Source: Escherichia coli (lineage in GTDB: Bacteria; Pseudomonadota; Gammaproteobacteria; Enterobacterales; Enterobacteriaceae). From it: DNA of 64,000 nucleotides. The position numbers and the translations under genes were made by a program. The notes below the pieces were generated by a model. That model had not been told where the DNA came from, ran no database searches, and worked only from the letters and a program-made list of their open reading frames with translations. The stretch is from NCBI RefSeq assembly GCF_024223415.1, contig NZ_CP100500.1; one strand, given 5' to 3'. This document shows, one piece after another, positions 11,564 through 27,941 of the stretch; position 1 is the first letter of the stretch, and each line of letters begins with the position of its first letter.

Positions 11564-12898
11564 TTACTCTTCTGTCGTTTGCGGTGGCACGCCCGTTCCG
11601 CTTGGTTTACGGCGCTTACCAATATTTTTGGTATCGCGATGGCGTTTTTTCACCCGCGGCTTCTCTTTCTCTTTAGCTTTTTTCTTCTCGGCGCGTTTTG
11701 CCAGTACTTTCTTCGATGGCTTGCCGGTCTGCTTCTCGCTTGGTGCACGCGTTTTCGGGCGTAACTCATCAATTACGCGAGCTTTAATTGGCTCTTCAAT
11801 ATAGCGACCAACTTTGCCCAGCAGCAGATGGTCATGGGCTTCTACCAGCGAAATTGCGGTGCCTTTACGACCGGCGCGCGCGGTACGTCCGATACGGTGC
11901 AAATAAGTATCGCCACTGCGCGGCATATCGAAGTTAAAGACGTGGCTGACGTCAGGAATGTCGATACCGCGCGCAGCAACATCGGTTGCAACCAGTACGT
12001 TTACGCGACCTTCGGTCAAACGCTTGATCGCTTCGTTACGCTTGCCTTGTACCATCTCACCTTCGAGATAGCAGTTGTTGATGCCCGCTTCGCGCAGCCA
12101 GTTTGCCAGCTCATGCACACGTTCACGCTTACGCACAAACACAATTGAGCGGGTCGCTTCCGGCTGTTTTAACAGATGCACCAGCAACGCGGTTTTATGC
12201 TCAAGATCATCGGCGCGGTAATACCACTGATGAATTTTTTTGCGCTCACGGGTGGACGGATTGGCAGAAACTTCCACCGGATCTTCCAGCAGACGCTCGG
12301 CAAAGTCCTGAATCGCATCGCCTTCCAGAGTTGCCGAAAAGAGCAGGGTCTGTTTACGCCAGCGCGTTTCGCCAGCAATATGTTCGATATCCTGAGCGAA
12401 GCCCATATCCAGCATACGGTCTGCTTCGTCGAGGATCAGCGTTTCAACCGCGCGGCAATCGAAGTTCTCTTCTTTTATGTATTGCAGCAGACGTCCGGTC
12501 GTGGCGACCACGATGTCCTGATTTTCGCTGAACACTTCCGCGTGGTTCATATAGGCTACGCCGCCGGTGATGGTGGCGATATCCAGATGCGTATGTTTCG
12601 CCAGTTCGCGGGCATGATCGGCCACCTGCATCGCCAGCTCGCGAGTTGGGGTGAGGATCAAAATACGCGGCGGACCGGATTTCTTACGCGGGAAATCGAG
12701 CAGGTGCTGCAACGCTGGCAGCAGATACGCCGCCGTTTTACCGGTGCCTGTCGGCGCAGAACCGAGTACATCACGGCCATCGAGCGCAGGCGGAATGGCG
12801 GCAGCCTGAATGGCGGTCGGGCGAGTGAAACCTTTATCCTGGAGGGCTTCCAGCAGGCTTTCGTCGAGTTCAAGTTCGGAAAAAGTCGTTACAGTCAT
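11564..12898 (-). CDS. srmB: DEAD-box ATP-dependent RNA helicase
   Basis: 444 aa; Q motif, Walker A (SAPTGTGKT), DEAD ([12 protein letters not shown]), basic C-terminal tail. Confidence 0.95.
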   Translation of the reverse strand: MTVTTFSELELDESLLEALQDKGFTRPTAIQAAAIPPALDGRDVLGSAPTGTGKTAAYLLPALQHLLDFPRKKSGPPRILILTPTRELAMQVADHARELAKHTHLDIATITGGVAYMNHAEVFSENQDIVVATTGRLLQYIKEENFDCRAVETLILDEADRMLDMGFAQDIEHIAGETRWRKQTLLFSATLEGDAIQDFAERLLEDPVEVSANPSTRERKKIHQWYYRADDLEHKTALLVHLLKQPEATRSIVFVRKRERVHELANWLREAGINNCYLEGEMVQGKRNEAIKRLTEGRVNVLVATDVAARGIDIPDVSHVFNFDMPRSGDTYLHRIGRTARAGRKGTAISLVEAHDHLLLGKVGRYIEEPIKARVIDELRPKTRAPSEKQTGKPSKKVLAKRAEKKKAKEKEKPRVKKRHRDTKNIGKRRKPSGTGVPPQTTEE

Positions 12899-13029
12899 GT
12901 TCTACCTCTGTGTGGGGCGCTGATTATAGACGTTACGGCTGCAATCTTCATCTGTTTGTATGGATATCGCTTCTCGGGTATTGTTCTCACCCGGTGCTAT
13001 CGCCGTTTTTCCTGCAAGGTTTTATTTTC

Positions 13030-15383
<2,354 letters not shown>

Positions 15384-15781
15384 TTAATTTACTAAACATG
15401 GTTTGGTCAGCATAGCATCATGTTGTGCGAATAAACACCTGCTATTTTAATATTTGTTACAGTGGCTAAACACGCTGACGCAGGGCGGCGAGAAAAAGAG
15501 AAGTTACTGGCTGGTGGAGGATTAGGTGGTGAAATAAAAAGGCCGTTGGGTTACTCTTCAGGCAGTTAAATGGGCATTTCTACACAGATAATGCGATGTT
15601 CAGATTCTGTAGACTTATAATGATAGATAATGATCCGTCTACAGCATGACAAACAAAAACAGATGCGTTACGGAACTTTACAAAAACGAGACACTCTAAC
15701 CCTTTGCTTGCTCAAATTGCAGCTAATGGAGTGGCGTTTCGATAGCGCGTGGAAATTTGGTTTGGGGAGACTTTACCTCGG

Positions 15782-16357
15782 ATGAGCGAGCAGTTAACGG
15801 ACCAGGTCCTGGTTGAACGGGTCCAGAAGGGAGATCAGAAAGCCTTTAACTTACTGGTAGTGCGCTATCAGCATAAAGTGGCGAGTCTGGTTTCCCGCTA
15901 TGTGCCGTCGGGTGATGTTCCCGATGTGGTACAAGAAGCTTTTATTAAAGCCTATCGTGCGCTGGATTCGTTCCGGGGAGATAGCGCTTTTTATACATGG
16001 CTGTATCGGATTGCTGTAAATACAGCGAAAAATTACCTGGTTGCTCAGGGGCGTCGTCCACCTTCCAGTGATGTGGATGCCATTGAAGCTGAAAACTTCG
16101 AAAGTGGCGGCGCGTTGAAAGAAATTTCGAACCCTGAGAACTTAATGTTGTCAGAAGAACTGAGACAGATAGTTTTCCGAACTATTGAGTCCCTCCCGGA
16201 AGATTTACGCATGGCAATAACCTTGCGGGAGCTGGATGGCCTGAGCTATGAAGAGATAGCCGCTATCATGGATTGTCCGGTAGGTACGGTGCGTTCACGT
16301 ATCTTCCGAGCGAGGGAAGCTATTGATAACAAAGTTCAACCGCTTATCAGGCGTTGA
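15782..16357 (+). CDS. rpoE: RNA polymerase sigma-E (ECF sigma-24)
   Basis: ORF 15749..16357; start MSEQLTDQVLVERVQKGDQKAFNLLV... gives 191 aa. Confidence 0.96.
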   Translation: MSEQLTDQVLVERVQKGDQKAFNLLVVRYQHKVASLVSRYVPSGDVPDVVQEAFIKAYRALDSFRGDSAFYTWLYRIAVNTAKNYLVAQGRRPPSSDVDAIEAENFESGGALKEISNPENLMLSEELRQIVFRTIESLPEDLRMAITLRELDGLSYEEIAAIMDCPVGTVRSRIFRAREAIDNKVQPLIRR

Positions 16358-16389
16358 CGATAGCGGGATACTGGATAAGGGTATTAGGC

Positions 16390-17040
16390 ATGCAGAAAGA
16401 ACAACTTTCCGCTTTAATGGATGGCGAAACGCTGGATAGTGAGCTGCTTAACGAACTGGCTCATAACCCAGAAATGCAGAAAACCTGGGAAAGCTATCAC
16501 TTAATCCGTGACTCAATGCGGGGTGATACTCCCGAGGTGCTCCATTTCGATATCTCTTCACGCGTGATGGCCGCCATTGAAGAAGAGCCAGTACGTCAAC
16601 CGGCGACATTGATCCCGGAAGCCCAGCCTGCGCCGCATCAATGGCAGAAAATGCCATTCTGGCAGAAAGTACGTCCGTGGGCGGCACAGCTTACCCAAAT
16701 GGGCGTAGCCGCATGCGTATCGCTTGCAGTTATCGTTGGCGTCCAGCACTATAATGGACAATCTGAAACGTCCCAGCAGCCCGAAACGCCGGTATTTAAT
16801 ACACTGCCGATGATGGGTAAAGCCAGCCCGGTTAGCCTGGGAGTACCTTCTGAAGCGACCGCAAATAATGGTCAACAGCAGCAGGTACAGGAGCAGCGTC
16901 GTCGCATTAATGCAATGTTGCAGGATTACGAACTGCAACGCCGACTCCACTCTGAACAGCTTCAGTTTGAGCAGGCGCAAACCCAGCAAGCCGCTGTACA
17001 GGTGCCAGGAATTCAAACTTTAGGAACGCAATCGCAGTAA
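16390..17040 (+). CDS. rseA: anti-sigma-E factor RseA
   Basis: ORF 16354..17040; start MQKEQLSALMDGETLDSELL... gives 216 aa; single TM and Q-rich periplasmic domain. Confidence 0.95.
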   Translation: MQKEQLSALMDGETLDSELLNELAHNPEMQKTWESYHLIRDSMRGDTPEVLHFDISSRVMAAIEEEPVRQPATLIPEAQPAPHQWQKMPFWQKVRPWAAQLTQMGVAACVSLAVIVGVQHYNGQSETSQQPETPVFNTLPMMGKASPVSLGVPSEATANNGQQQQVQEQRRRINAMLQDYELQRRLHSEQLQFEQAQTQQAAVQVPGIQTLGTQSQ

Positions 17041-17996
17041 TGAAGCAACTTTGGTTTGCCATGTCATTAGTGACAGGTAGCCTGTTATTCTCTGCTAACG
17101 CCTCGGCCACTCCCGCGTCCGGGGCGTTATTACAGCAGATGAACCTGGCCAGTCAGTCACTGAATTACGAGCTGTCATTCATCAGCATCAATAAACAGGG
17201 TGTTGAGTCTCTGCGTTATCGACATGCACGCCTCGATAACCGTCCTCTTGCACAATTGTTGCAAATGGATGGCCCGCGCCGGGAAGTGGTACAGCGCGGC
17301 AATGAAATCAGCTATTTTGAACCGGGACTTGAACCGTTCACGCTTAATGGCGATTACATTGTTGATTCTCTGCCATCGCTCATTTATACCGATTTCAAAC
17401 GCCTTTCTCCTTACTACGACTTTATCTCCGTCGGGCGCACGCGTATTGCTGATCGTCTTTGCGAAGTCATTCGCGTGGTTGCCCGAGATGGTACACGCTA
17501 CAGCTACATCGTGTGGATGGACACCGAATCGAAATTACCGATGCGGGTTGATCTTCTTGATCGCGATGGTGAAACGCTGGAACAATTTCGCGTGATTGCT
17601 TTTAACGTCAATCAGGATATCAGCAGCAGTATGCAGACGCTGGCGAAGGCAAATTTGCCGCCGTTGCTTTCTGTTCCTGTAGGTGAAAAAGCTAAATTCA
17701 GCTGGACGCCAACCTGGTTGCCACAGGGTTTTAGCGAAGTTTCCAGTAGTCGACGTCCGCTACCGACGATGGACAACATGCCTATCGAATCACGTCTCTA
17801 TTCCGACGGATTATTCAGCTTCTCGGTAAACGTTAACCGCGCTACGCCATCGAGCACCGATCAGATGTTGCGCACCGGACGCAGAACCGTCAGTACAAGC
17901 GTACGTGATAACGCCGAAATCACCATTGTCGGTGAACTGCCGCCGCAAACGGCGAAACGCATTGCCGAGAATATTAAGTTCGGGGCAGCGCAATGA
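17040..17996 (+). CDS. rseB: sigma-E regulatory protein RseB
   Basis: 318 aa with signal peptide; MKQLWFAMSLVTGSLLFSANASA... Confidence 0.95.
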   Translation: MKQLWFAMSLVTGSLLFSANASATPASGALLQQMNLASQSLNYELSFISINKQGVESLRYRHARLDNRPLAQLLQMDGPRREVVQRGNEISYFEPGLEPFTLNGDYIVDSLPSLIYTDFKRLSPYYDFISVGRTRIADRLCEVIRVVARDGTRYSYIVWMDTESKLPMRVDLLDRDGETLEQFRVIAFNVNQDISSSMQTLAKANLPPLLSVPVGEKAKFSWTPTWLPQGFSEVSSSRRPLPTMDNMPIESRLYSDGLFSFSVNVNRATPSSTDQMLRTGRRTVSTSVRDNAEITIVGELPPQTAKRIAENIKFGAAQ

Positions 17997-18472
17997 TCAA
18001 AGAGTGGGCTACCGTCGTCTCCTGGCAAAACGGGCAGGCGCTGGTCAGTTGTGATGTTAAAGCCTCATGCAGCAGCTGCGCTTCACGCGCCGGTTGCGGT
18101 AGCCGCGTGTTGAATAAACTTGGCCCGCAAACCACGCATACCATTGTCGTACCCTGTGATGAGCCGTTAGTGCCGGGGCAAAAAGTGGAATTGGGGATCG
18201 CCGAAGGCAGCCTGCTTAGCTCCGCATTACTGGTTTATATGTCGCCGCTGGTGGGATTATTCCTCATCGCTTCGCTATTTCAGCTACTCTTTGCTTCTGA
18301 CGTCGCAGCATTATGTGGTGCGGTCCTCGGCGGTATTGGCGGGTTCCTGATTGCGCGTGGCTACTCGCGTAAGTTTGCTGCCCGGGCAGAATGGCAACCG
18401 ATCATCTTAAGCGTGGCATTGCCGCCTGGCCTTGTGCGATTTGAAACATCTTCGGAAGACGCGAGCCAGTGA
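17993..18472 (+). CDS. rseC: sigma-E regulatory protein RseC
   Basis: 159 aa; MIKEWATVVSWQNGQALVSCDVKASCSSCASRAGCG... Confidence 0.93.
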   Translation: MIKEWATVVSWQNGQALVSCDVKASCSSCASRAGCGSRVLNKLGPQTTHTIVVPCDEPLVPGQKVELGIAEGSLLSSALLVYMSPLVGLFLIASLFQLLFASDVAALCGAVLGGIGGFLIARGYSRKFAARAEWQPIILSVALPPGLVRFETSSEDASQ

Positions 18473-18669
18473 TTTCACTGGCTTTGTTGCATTTTGCATA
18501 ACAAATGCGAGGACGTTTCCAGATACCACAATCCATACGGTATGAACATTTCCTCGCCTCAATGTTGTAGTGTAGAATGCGGCGTTTCTATTAATACAGA
18601 CGTTAAGCTCAGAACAGCGACTTCTAAAAGCCTGGTTAACCGGGCATTAAGGCACAATAATCATACTTT

Positions 18670-20469
<1,800 letters not shown>

Positions 20470-20484
20470 CCCTTAGGAGTTGGC

Positions 20485-21459
20485 ATGGCGAATATGTTTG
20501 CCCTGATTCTGGTGATTGCCACACTGGTGACGGGCATTTTATGGTGCGTGGATAAATTCTTTTTCGCACCTAAACGGCGGGAACGTCAGGCAGCGGCGCA
20601 GGCGGCTGCCGGTGACTCACTGGATAAAGCAACGTTGAAAAAGGTTGCGCCGAAGCCTGGCTGGCTGGAAACCGGTGCTTCTGTTTTTCCGGTACTGGCT
20701 ATCGTATTGATTGTGCGTTCGTTTATTTATGAACCGTTCCAGATCCCGTCAGGTTCGATGATGCCGACTCTGTTAATCGGTGATTTTATTCTGGTAGAGA
20801 AGTTTGCTTATGGCATTAAAGATCCTATCTACCAGAAAACGCTGATCGAAACCGGTCATCCGAAACGCGGCGATATCGTGGTCTTTAAATATCCGGAAGA
20901 TCCAAAGCTTGATTACATCAAGCGCGCGGTGGGTTTACCGGGCGATAAAGTCACTTACGATCCGGTCTCAAAAGAGCTGACGATTCAACCGGGATGCAGT
21001 TCCGGCCAGGCGTGTGAAAACGCGCTGCCGGTCACCTACTCAAACGTGGAACCGAGCGATTTCGTTCAGACCTTCTCACGCCGTAATGGTGGGGAAGCGA
21101 CCAGCGGATTCTTTGAAGTGCCGAAAAACGAAACCAAAGAAAATGGAATTCGTCTTTCCGAGCGTAAAGAGACACTGGGTGATGTGACGCACCGCATTCT
21201 GACAGTGCCGATTGCGCAGGATCAGGTGGGGATGTATTACCAGCAGCCAGGGCAACAACTGGCAACCTGGATTGTTCCGCCGGGACAATACTTCATGATG
21301 GGCGACAACCGCGACAACAGCGCGGACAGCCGTTACTGGGGTTTTGTGCCTGAAGCGAATCTGGTCGGTCGGGCAACGGCTATCTGGATGAGCTTCGATA
21401 AGCAAGAAGGCGAATGGCCGACAGGTGTGCGCTTAAGTCGCATTGGCGGCATCCATTAA
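20485..21459 (+). CDS. lepB: signal peptidase I
   Basis: 324 aa; MANMFALILVIATLVTGILW...; catalytic Ser motif region (GSMMPTL). Confidence 0.96.
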   Translation: MANMFALILVIATLVTGILWCVDKFFFAPKRRERQAAAQAAAGDSLDKATLKKVAPKPGWLETGASVFPVLAIVLIVRSFIYEPFQIPSGSMMPTLLIGDFILVEKFAYGIKDPIYQKTLIETGHPKRGDIVVFKYPEDPKLDYIKRAVGLPGDKVTYDPVSKELTIQPGCSSGQACENALPVTYSNVEPSDFVQTFSRRNGGEATSGFFEVPKNETKENGIRLSERKETLGDVTHRILTVPIAQDQVGMYYQQPGQQLATWIVPPGQYFMMGDNRDNSADSRYWGFVPEANLVGRATAIWMSFDKQEGEWPTGVRLSRIGGIH

Positions 21460-21472
21460 TAGCCATCTTCGT

Positions 21473-21510
21473 TCACGTTGTCGCCGTTATGGCGACAACG
21501 TGAATTATTT
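21473..21510 (+). terminator. long perfect hairpin downstream of lepB (terminator / rnc leader structure)
   Basis: ~13-bp perfect inverted repeat (cacgttgtcgcc ... ggcgacaacgtg) then AT-rich tract; the lepB-rnc intergenic region is known to carry regulatory structure. Confidence 0.5.
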
Positions 21511-21700
21511 ATGAGATAAATCTCCCGTGGCTAACGACATCCCCCGTCGTTGTGTATAGAATATTCCCCCGAAGTTTAAGGTTGGCACCTCCAGGTTGCC
21601 ACGGCACACGAAACAGCGTTGGTCCCCATATACCGCTAAACTGAAACTGCAGCGAAGCAGTTAGCAGAGCCATGTATATCAGGTCTGTTTCGTGTGCTGA

Positions 21701-23313
<1,613 letters not shown>

Positions 23314-23324
23314 GAGTAACTCCG

Positions 23325-24053
23325 ATGGAAGGCTGGCAGCGCGCATTTGTCCTGCATAGTCGCCCGTGGAGCGAAACCAGCCTGATGCTGGACGTCTTCA
23401 CGGAGGAATCGGGGCGCGTGCGTCTGGTTGCCAAAGGCGCACGCTCTAAACGCTCTACCCTGAAAGGTGCATTACAGCCTTTCACCCCTCTCTTGCTACG
23501 TTTTGGCGGGCGTGGCGAAGTCAAAACGCTGCGCAGTGCTGAAGCCGTCTCGCTGGCGCTGCCATTAAGCGGTATCACGCTTTACAGCGGTCTGTACATC
23601 AACGAACTTCTCTCCCGCGTACTGGAATACGAGACGCGCTTCTCTGAACTCTTTTTCGATTACTTGCACTGCATTCAGTCTCTTGCAGGGGGCACTGGTA
23701 CGCCAGAACCCGCGCTGCGCCGCTTTGAACTGGCACTGCTCGGGCATCTGGGTTATGGCGTCAATTTTACCCATTGTGCGGGTAGCGGCGAGCCGGTAGA
23801 TGACACCATGACGTATCGTTATCGCGAAGAAAAAGGGTTTATCGCAAGCGTCGTTATCGACAATAAAACGTTCACCGGAAGGCAGTTAAAAGCGTTAAAC
23901 GCACGGGAATTTCCTGACGCAGACACACTGCGCGCCGCGAAACGCTTTACCCGCATGGCGCTTAAGCCGTATCTTGGCGGTAAACCTTTAAAGAGCAGGG
24001 AACTGTTCCGGCAATTTATGCCTAAGCGAACGGTGAAAACACATTATGAATGA
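23325..24053 (+). CDS. recO: DNA repair protein RecO
   Basis: 242 aa; [40 protein letters not shown]... Confidence 0.95.
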   Translation: MEGWQRAFVLHSRPWSETSLMLDVFTEESGRVRLVAKGARSKRSTLKGALQPFTPLLLRFGGRGEVKTLRSAEAVSLALPLSGITLYSGLYINELLSRVLEYETRFSELFFDYLHCIQSLAGGTGTPEPALRRFELALLGHLGYGVNFTHCAGSGEPVDDTMTYRYREEKGFIASVVIDNKTFTGRQLKALNAREFPDADTLRAAKRFTRMALKPYLGGKPLKSRELFRQFMPKRTVKTHYE

Positions 24054-24064
24054 TGAGGATTGTC

Positions 24065-24796
24065 ATGGCTGAATTACTGTTAGGCGTCAACATTGACCAT
24101 ATCGCTACGCTGCGCAACGCGCGCGGTACCGCTTACCCGGATCCGGTGCAGGCCGCGTTTATTGCCGAGCAGGCGGGGGCGGACGGCATTACCGTGCATT
24201 TACGTGAAGATCGCCGCCACATTACTGACCGCGATGTGCGCATCCTGCGTCAGACGCTGGATACCCGCATGAATCTGGAGATGGCGGTGACCGAAGAGAT
24301 GCTGGCGATCGCGGTTGAGACGAAGCCGCATTTTTGCTGCCTGGTACCAGAAAAGCGTCAGGAAGTAACAACCGAAGGCGGCCTGGACGTTGCAGGGCAG
24401 CGTGACAAAATGCGCGATGCCTGCAAACGTCTGGCGGATGCCGGGATTCAGGTTTCTCTGTTTATCGACGCCGATGAAGAGCAGATCAAAGCTGCGGCAG
24501 AGGTTGGCGCACCGTTTATCGAGATCCACACCGGTTGCTATGCTGATGCCAAAACTGACGCCGAACAGGCGCAAGAGCTGGCGCGTATCGCCAAAGCCGC
24601 GACCTTTGCCGCTAGTCTCGGTTTGAAAGTTAACGCTGGACACGGTCTGACCTATCACAACGTAAAAGCCATTGCCGCCATCCCTGAGATGCACGAACTG
24701 AATATCGGTCATGCCATTATTGGTCGTGCAGTGATGACCGGACTGAAAGATGCGGTGGCAGAAATGAAGCGCCTGATGCTGGAAGCGCGTGGCTAA
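24065..24796 (+). CDS. pdxJ: pyridoxine 5'-phosphate synthase
   Basis: ORF 24050..24796; start [21 protein letters not shown]... gives 243 aa. Confidence 0.95.
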
Positions 24797-25176
24797 TGGC
24801 AATATTAGGTTTAGGCACGGATATCGTAGAGATCGCTCGCATAGAAGCAGTGATCGCCCGATCCGGTGAGCGCCTGGCACGCCGCGTATTAAGCGATAAC
24901 GAATGGGAAATTTGGAAAACGCACCACCAGCCGGTGCGTTTTCTGGCGAAACGCTTTGCCGTAAAAGAAGCCGCAGCAAAAGCGTTTGGCACCGGGATCC
25001 GCAATGGTCTGGCGTTTAATCAGTTTGAAGTATTTAACGATGAGCTTGGTAAGCCACGGCTGCGACTGTGGGGCGAGGCATTAAAACTGGCGGAAAAGCT
25101 GGGCGTTGCAAATATGCATGTGACGCTGGCCGATGAGCGCCACTATGCTTGCGCCACGGTAATTATTGAAAGTTAA
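24796..25176 (+). CDS. acpS: holo-[acyl-carrier-protein] synthase
   Basis: 126 aa; [32 protein letters not shown]... Confidence 0.96.
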
Positions 25177-25202
25177 AAATAATACCGTTCTCTTTAAAAA
25201 GT

Positions 25203-25240
25203 AAAACCCCCGAACTGGTAAGGAACGGGGGTTTTACTTT
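25203..25240. terminator. acpS terminator hairpin (probably also terminates the antisense sRNA OhsC)
   Basis: 10-bp stem aaaacccccg/cgggggtttt with 13-nt loop; T tracts on both strands. Confidence 0.7.
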
Positions 25241-25290
25241 GTAACTTTAATTTAGTGCAGCACGCACCCTCAACAACAGCGATTATGGAT
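25205..25290 (-). ncRNA. ohsC: OhsC-like antitoxin sRNA of the shoB/ohsC type I TA locus (boundaries approximate)
   Basis: A 24-nt segment at 25254..25277 is, on the minus strand, complementary to 25502..25525 in the shoB 5' leader; the two mismatches both become G.U wobble pairs. Placement matches remembered literature that OhsC is divergent from shoB with short complementarity. Ends not determined. Confidence 0.5.
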
Positions 25291-25596
25291 CAGGGTAGTT
25301 ATCTTTTACAAGCAACTTGCAATCTTTATCATAAAAACTCGAGCCTTTACGAAGAAAGCGATATTGATGGCAAGATTAACGTGACCGCCAATTCGTAAGT
25401 ACATTAAAATTGGTTTCGTTATTGGCGATTTTGCTGTGCTTTACACCATGCCACAGAATTCCCCCATTGAAACGAGTGGTGTCGTCAAAGCTCTGGTGTG
25501 GAGTGCAGCATGCACCCTCAATAACTCGCACGTTCAGTTTTGGGGAGATGTAAGGGCTAATCTGAACGGCTGCATTCCTTGTTTAAGGAAAAACGA

Positions 25597-25677
25597 ATGA
25601 CTGATTGCCGATACCTTATTAAACGGGCCATTAAAATCATCATTGCTGTTTTACAGCTGATCCTTCTGTTCTTATAA
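25597..25677 (+). CDS. shoB: type I toxin ShoB (26-aa hydrophobic peptide)
   Basis: Short ORF not in the six-frame track: ATG 25597, translation MTDCRYLIKRAIKIIIAVLQLILLFL, stop 25675..25677. Matches remembered ShoB and its K-12 position between acpS and yfhL. Confidence 0.85.
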   Translation: MTDCRYLIKRAIKIIIAVLQLILLFL

Positions 25678-25871
25678 CACAAGGAAACGTACTTAAGGTG
25701 CGTCCGGTGAACCAGTCGAACGCACCTTTAATAACTATAAATAAGTGTCTGGGCAGATACTATATAAATTAACTTAGTGAATGTTTGTGCTAATAATCAT
25801 CAATTAAATAAATATAATAGCGTTAAGGTTTCCCTATAAAATAATTAATACTCTACTTCAGGAGCAGAATA

Positions 25872-26141
<270 letters not shown>

Positions 26142-26340
26142 TTACCGTTAAATCATTTTAAAATCAGTAAGTTGTATCGAGTTTGTATGCTTTACTGTCA
26201 TTAACTTACTGTATGTTGATCCAGTGTATTTAACCTTGATAAACTCAGTCCAGCAACACAAAACCGCAACACATTGCATTTTGTCCCGTAGAAAAGACTT
26301 GTATGTGTGAGCTTGTTTTCTGCGCCTACGCAGATAAGGA

Positions 26341-27744
26341 TTGAGAATGCCGCGCACTGTAACACATAATCCGGATAGCCCCAATAATGACGATGTTTTA
26401 GCCGCTTCTGAAAAATGGGACGCCTGTAAACCCCCCTATACCAGCGCACACATGAAAATCTGTGTTGCTGCCGCCAAAATCATCCTCGCTGCTTCCGGCG
26501 TGGCTCGCCGTTCCAAATACGAAAAAGAGAACTATCTCCGTATCGATTTCAGCAAAGCCGGTAAGGTTACATTTTACGCCGAGTTTCCAAAAAAGATGGG
26601 CCTCAAAGGTAAAAAGCTCGGCGAGTGGCCGGAGCTCGCTATCCAGCTGGCGCGCGAAAAAGCACTAGGTATGGCTGACGGTGGACTGCGGGCAGAGTCC
26701 GTACATGCAGCGCTGGAAATGTACCGGGATGACCTCAAAGCCAAAGTAGCCCGTCAGAAGCTGAGCCCGGACAGTTTCACAACCTATGGGGTGCGTATCG
26801 ACCGGATTAAATCAACGTTCGGCGAGCGCGAGGTGTTCAGCGACGTAACATACAGTCGGCTGGTGGAAGTGCTGGACGAGTGGATCGCCACTCGCTCGAA
26901 CAATAACGCCCTGGAGTTGTTTGCCGAGCTCCGTCGGTTCTGGAAGTTCTGCGCACCTACTCTTTGCAACGGCCGCAATGTTGCCGCCAGTCTGCCAGAT
27001 GATTATGTTTCCTCCCGCGTACAGAAACCCACCCCCACACGGCTTTTTACCGATATTGAGTCAATCGCCCGGCTCTGGCTCAATGTTGCCGCCTGCACCT
27101 CTGTACACCAGAAGAATGCTGTTCGCTTCATGATCATCACCGGAGTTCGTCCGATTAATGTCCATAACCTGCGCTGGGACTACGTTCACGAGGAGGTTGG
27201 TGAAATTGTTTATCCGGAAGGGGTTATCGGCATGCGAGGGGCTATGAAAACACAAAAGGCTTTCCGCCTGCCGATAACGCCTGAGATCCGGCGGATTATC
27301 GACGAGCAGAAAGCCTGGCGTGATTCAGTTCCTGAGTGCAACAGGGATTATGTATTTTTGCAGCCACGTGATCCAATGCAGCCATTTTCAAAACGATCAC
27401 TGGATAAGCTGGTGAAAACATACAGCCCGGACGGGGCTGTAAAAGGAATAAAACATGATGGGACTGTTAAAGGGAAAGACGGTGCATTTAATACGATGTG
27501 CCGTAAATTCCTTAAGAGCAATGTTATTGCCTTGATGAAGGAAAGAGGCTATTCCCGATCAGACCGAAGGGAAATCAGCCTCCTTTGCCTTCACCACTCC
27601 AGCAAGTCAGATGACCCGATGGCAGAACATTACGACTTTTCTGATGAGATTTTACAGGAAGAGATTGCGTTAAAGCGCGAAGCTTTCGAGGCTCACGAGC
27701 GGAGCATACTTGCGCAGGTGGCATTGCTACGGCGGCGAGGTTAA
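26341..27744 (+). CDS. prophage site-specific recombinase (divergent tyrosine integrase); true start may be internal
   Basis: 467-aa ORF at prophage edge next to an AlpA-like excisionase; C-terminal part shows integrase-like elements (ITGVRP..., ...LHHSSKSDDPMAEHY with candidate catalytic Tyr). Family call by eye only. Confidence 0.6.
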   Translation: MRMPRTVTHNPDSPNNDDVLAASEKWDACKPPYTSAHMKICVAAAKIILAASGVARRSKYEKENYLRIDFSKAGKVTFYAEFPKKMGLKGKKLGEWPELAIQLAREKALGMADGGLRAESVHAALEMYRDDLKAKVARQKLSPDSFTTYGVRIDRIKSTFGEREVFSDVTYSRLVEVLDEWIATRSNNNALELFAELRRFWKFCAPTLCNGRNVAASLPDDYVSSRVQKPTPTRLFTDIESIARLWLNVAACTSVHQKNAVRFMIITGVRPINVHNLRWDYVHEEVGEIVYPEGVIGMRGAMKTQKAFRLPITPEIRRIIDEQKAWRDSVPECNRDYVFLQPRDPMQPFSKRSLDKLVKTYSPDGAVKGIKHDGTVKGKDGAFNTMCRKFLKSNVIALMKERGYSRSDRREISLLCLHHSSKSDDPMAEHYDFSDEILQEEIALKREAFEAHERSILAQVALLRRRG

Positions 27745-27941
27745 TACCGGCTGCGACACTTTTGAATAAAAGCGTCGACATTGCGGCGCTCATAACGAAC
27801 TACTTTTGCACTGAAACGAATTGGTGCCAGGATAGCCCGATGACGATGCTTAATATTCCACTCACATAGCGTTTTCTGTGTAATACCTAACTTTTGGCAT
27901 ACTTCATCCGGGGTGAGTAAATCGTCGGGTTTCTCGCTCAT
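27741..27941 (-). CDS. AlpA/Xis-like excisionase / transcriptional regulator
   Basis: ORF 27741..28139; real start at internal Met (MSEKPDDLLTPDEVCQKLGITQKTLCEWN...), 66 aa; AlpA-type HTH; adjacent to the integrase. Confidence 0.7.
   Translation of the reverse strand: MSEKPDDLLTPDEVCQKLGITQKTLCEWNIKHRHRAILAPIRFSAKVVRYERRNVDAFIQKCRSRY

Noticed and set aside
16558-17016. 152-aa minus-strand ORF antisense to rseA
   Set aside because: Embedded in the conserved rpoE-rseABC operon on the wrong strand.
26341-27744. Transposase / IS element instead of integrase
   Set aside because: No terminal inverted repeats or DDE motifs; adjacent AlpA-like excisionase and prophage context favour a tyrosine integrase.
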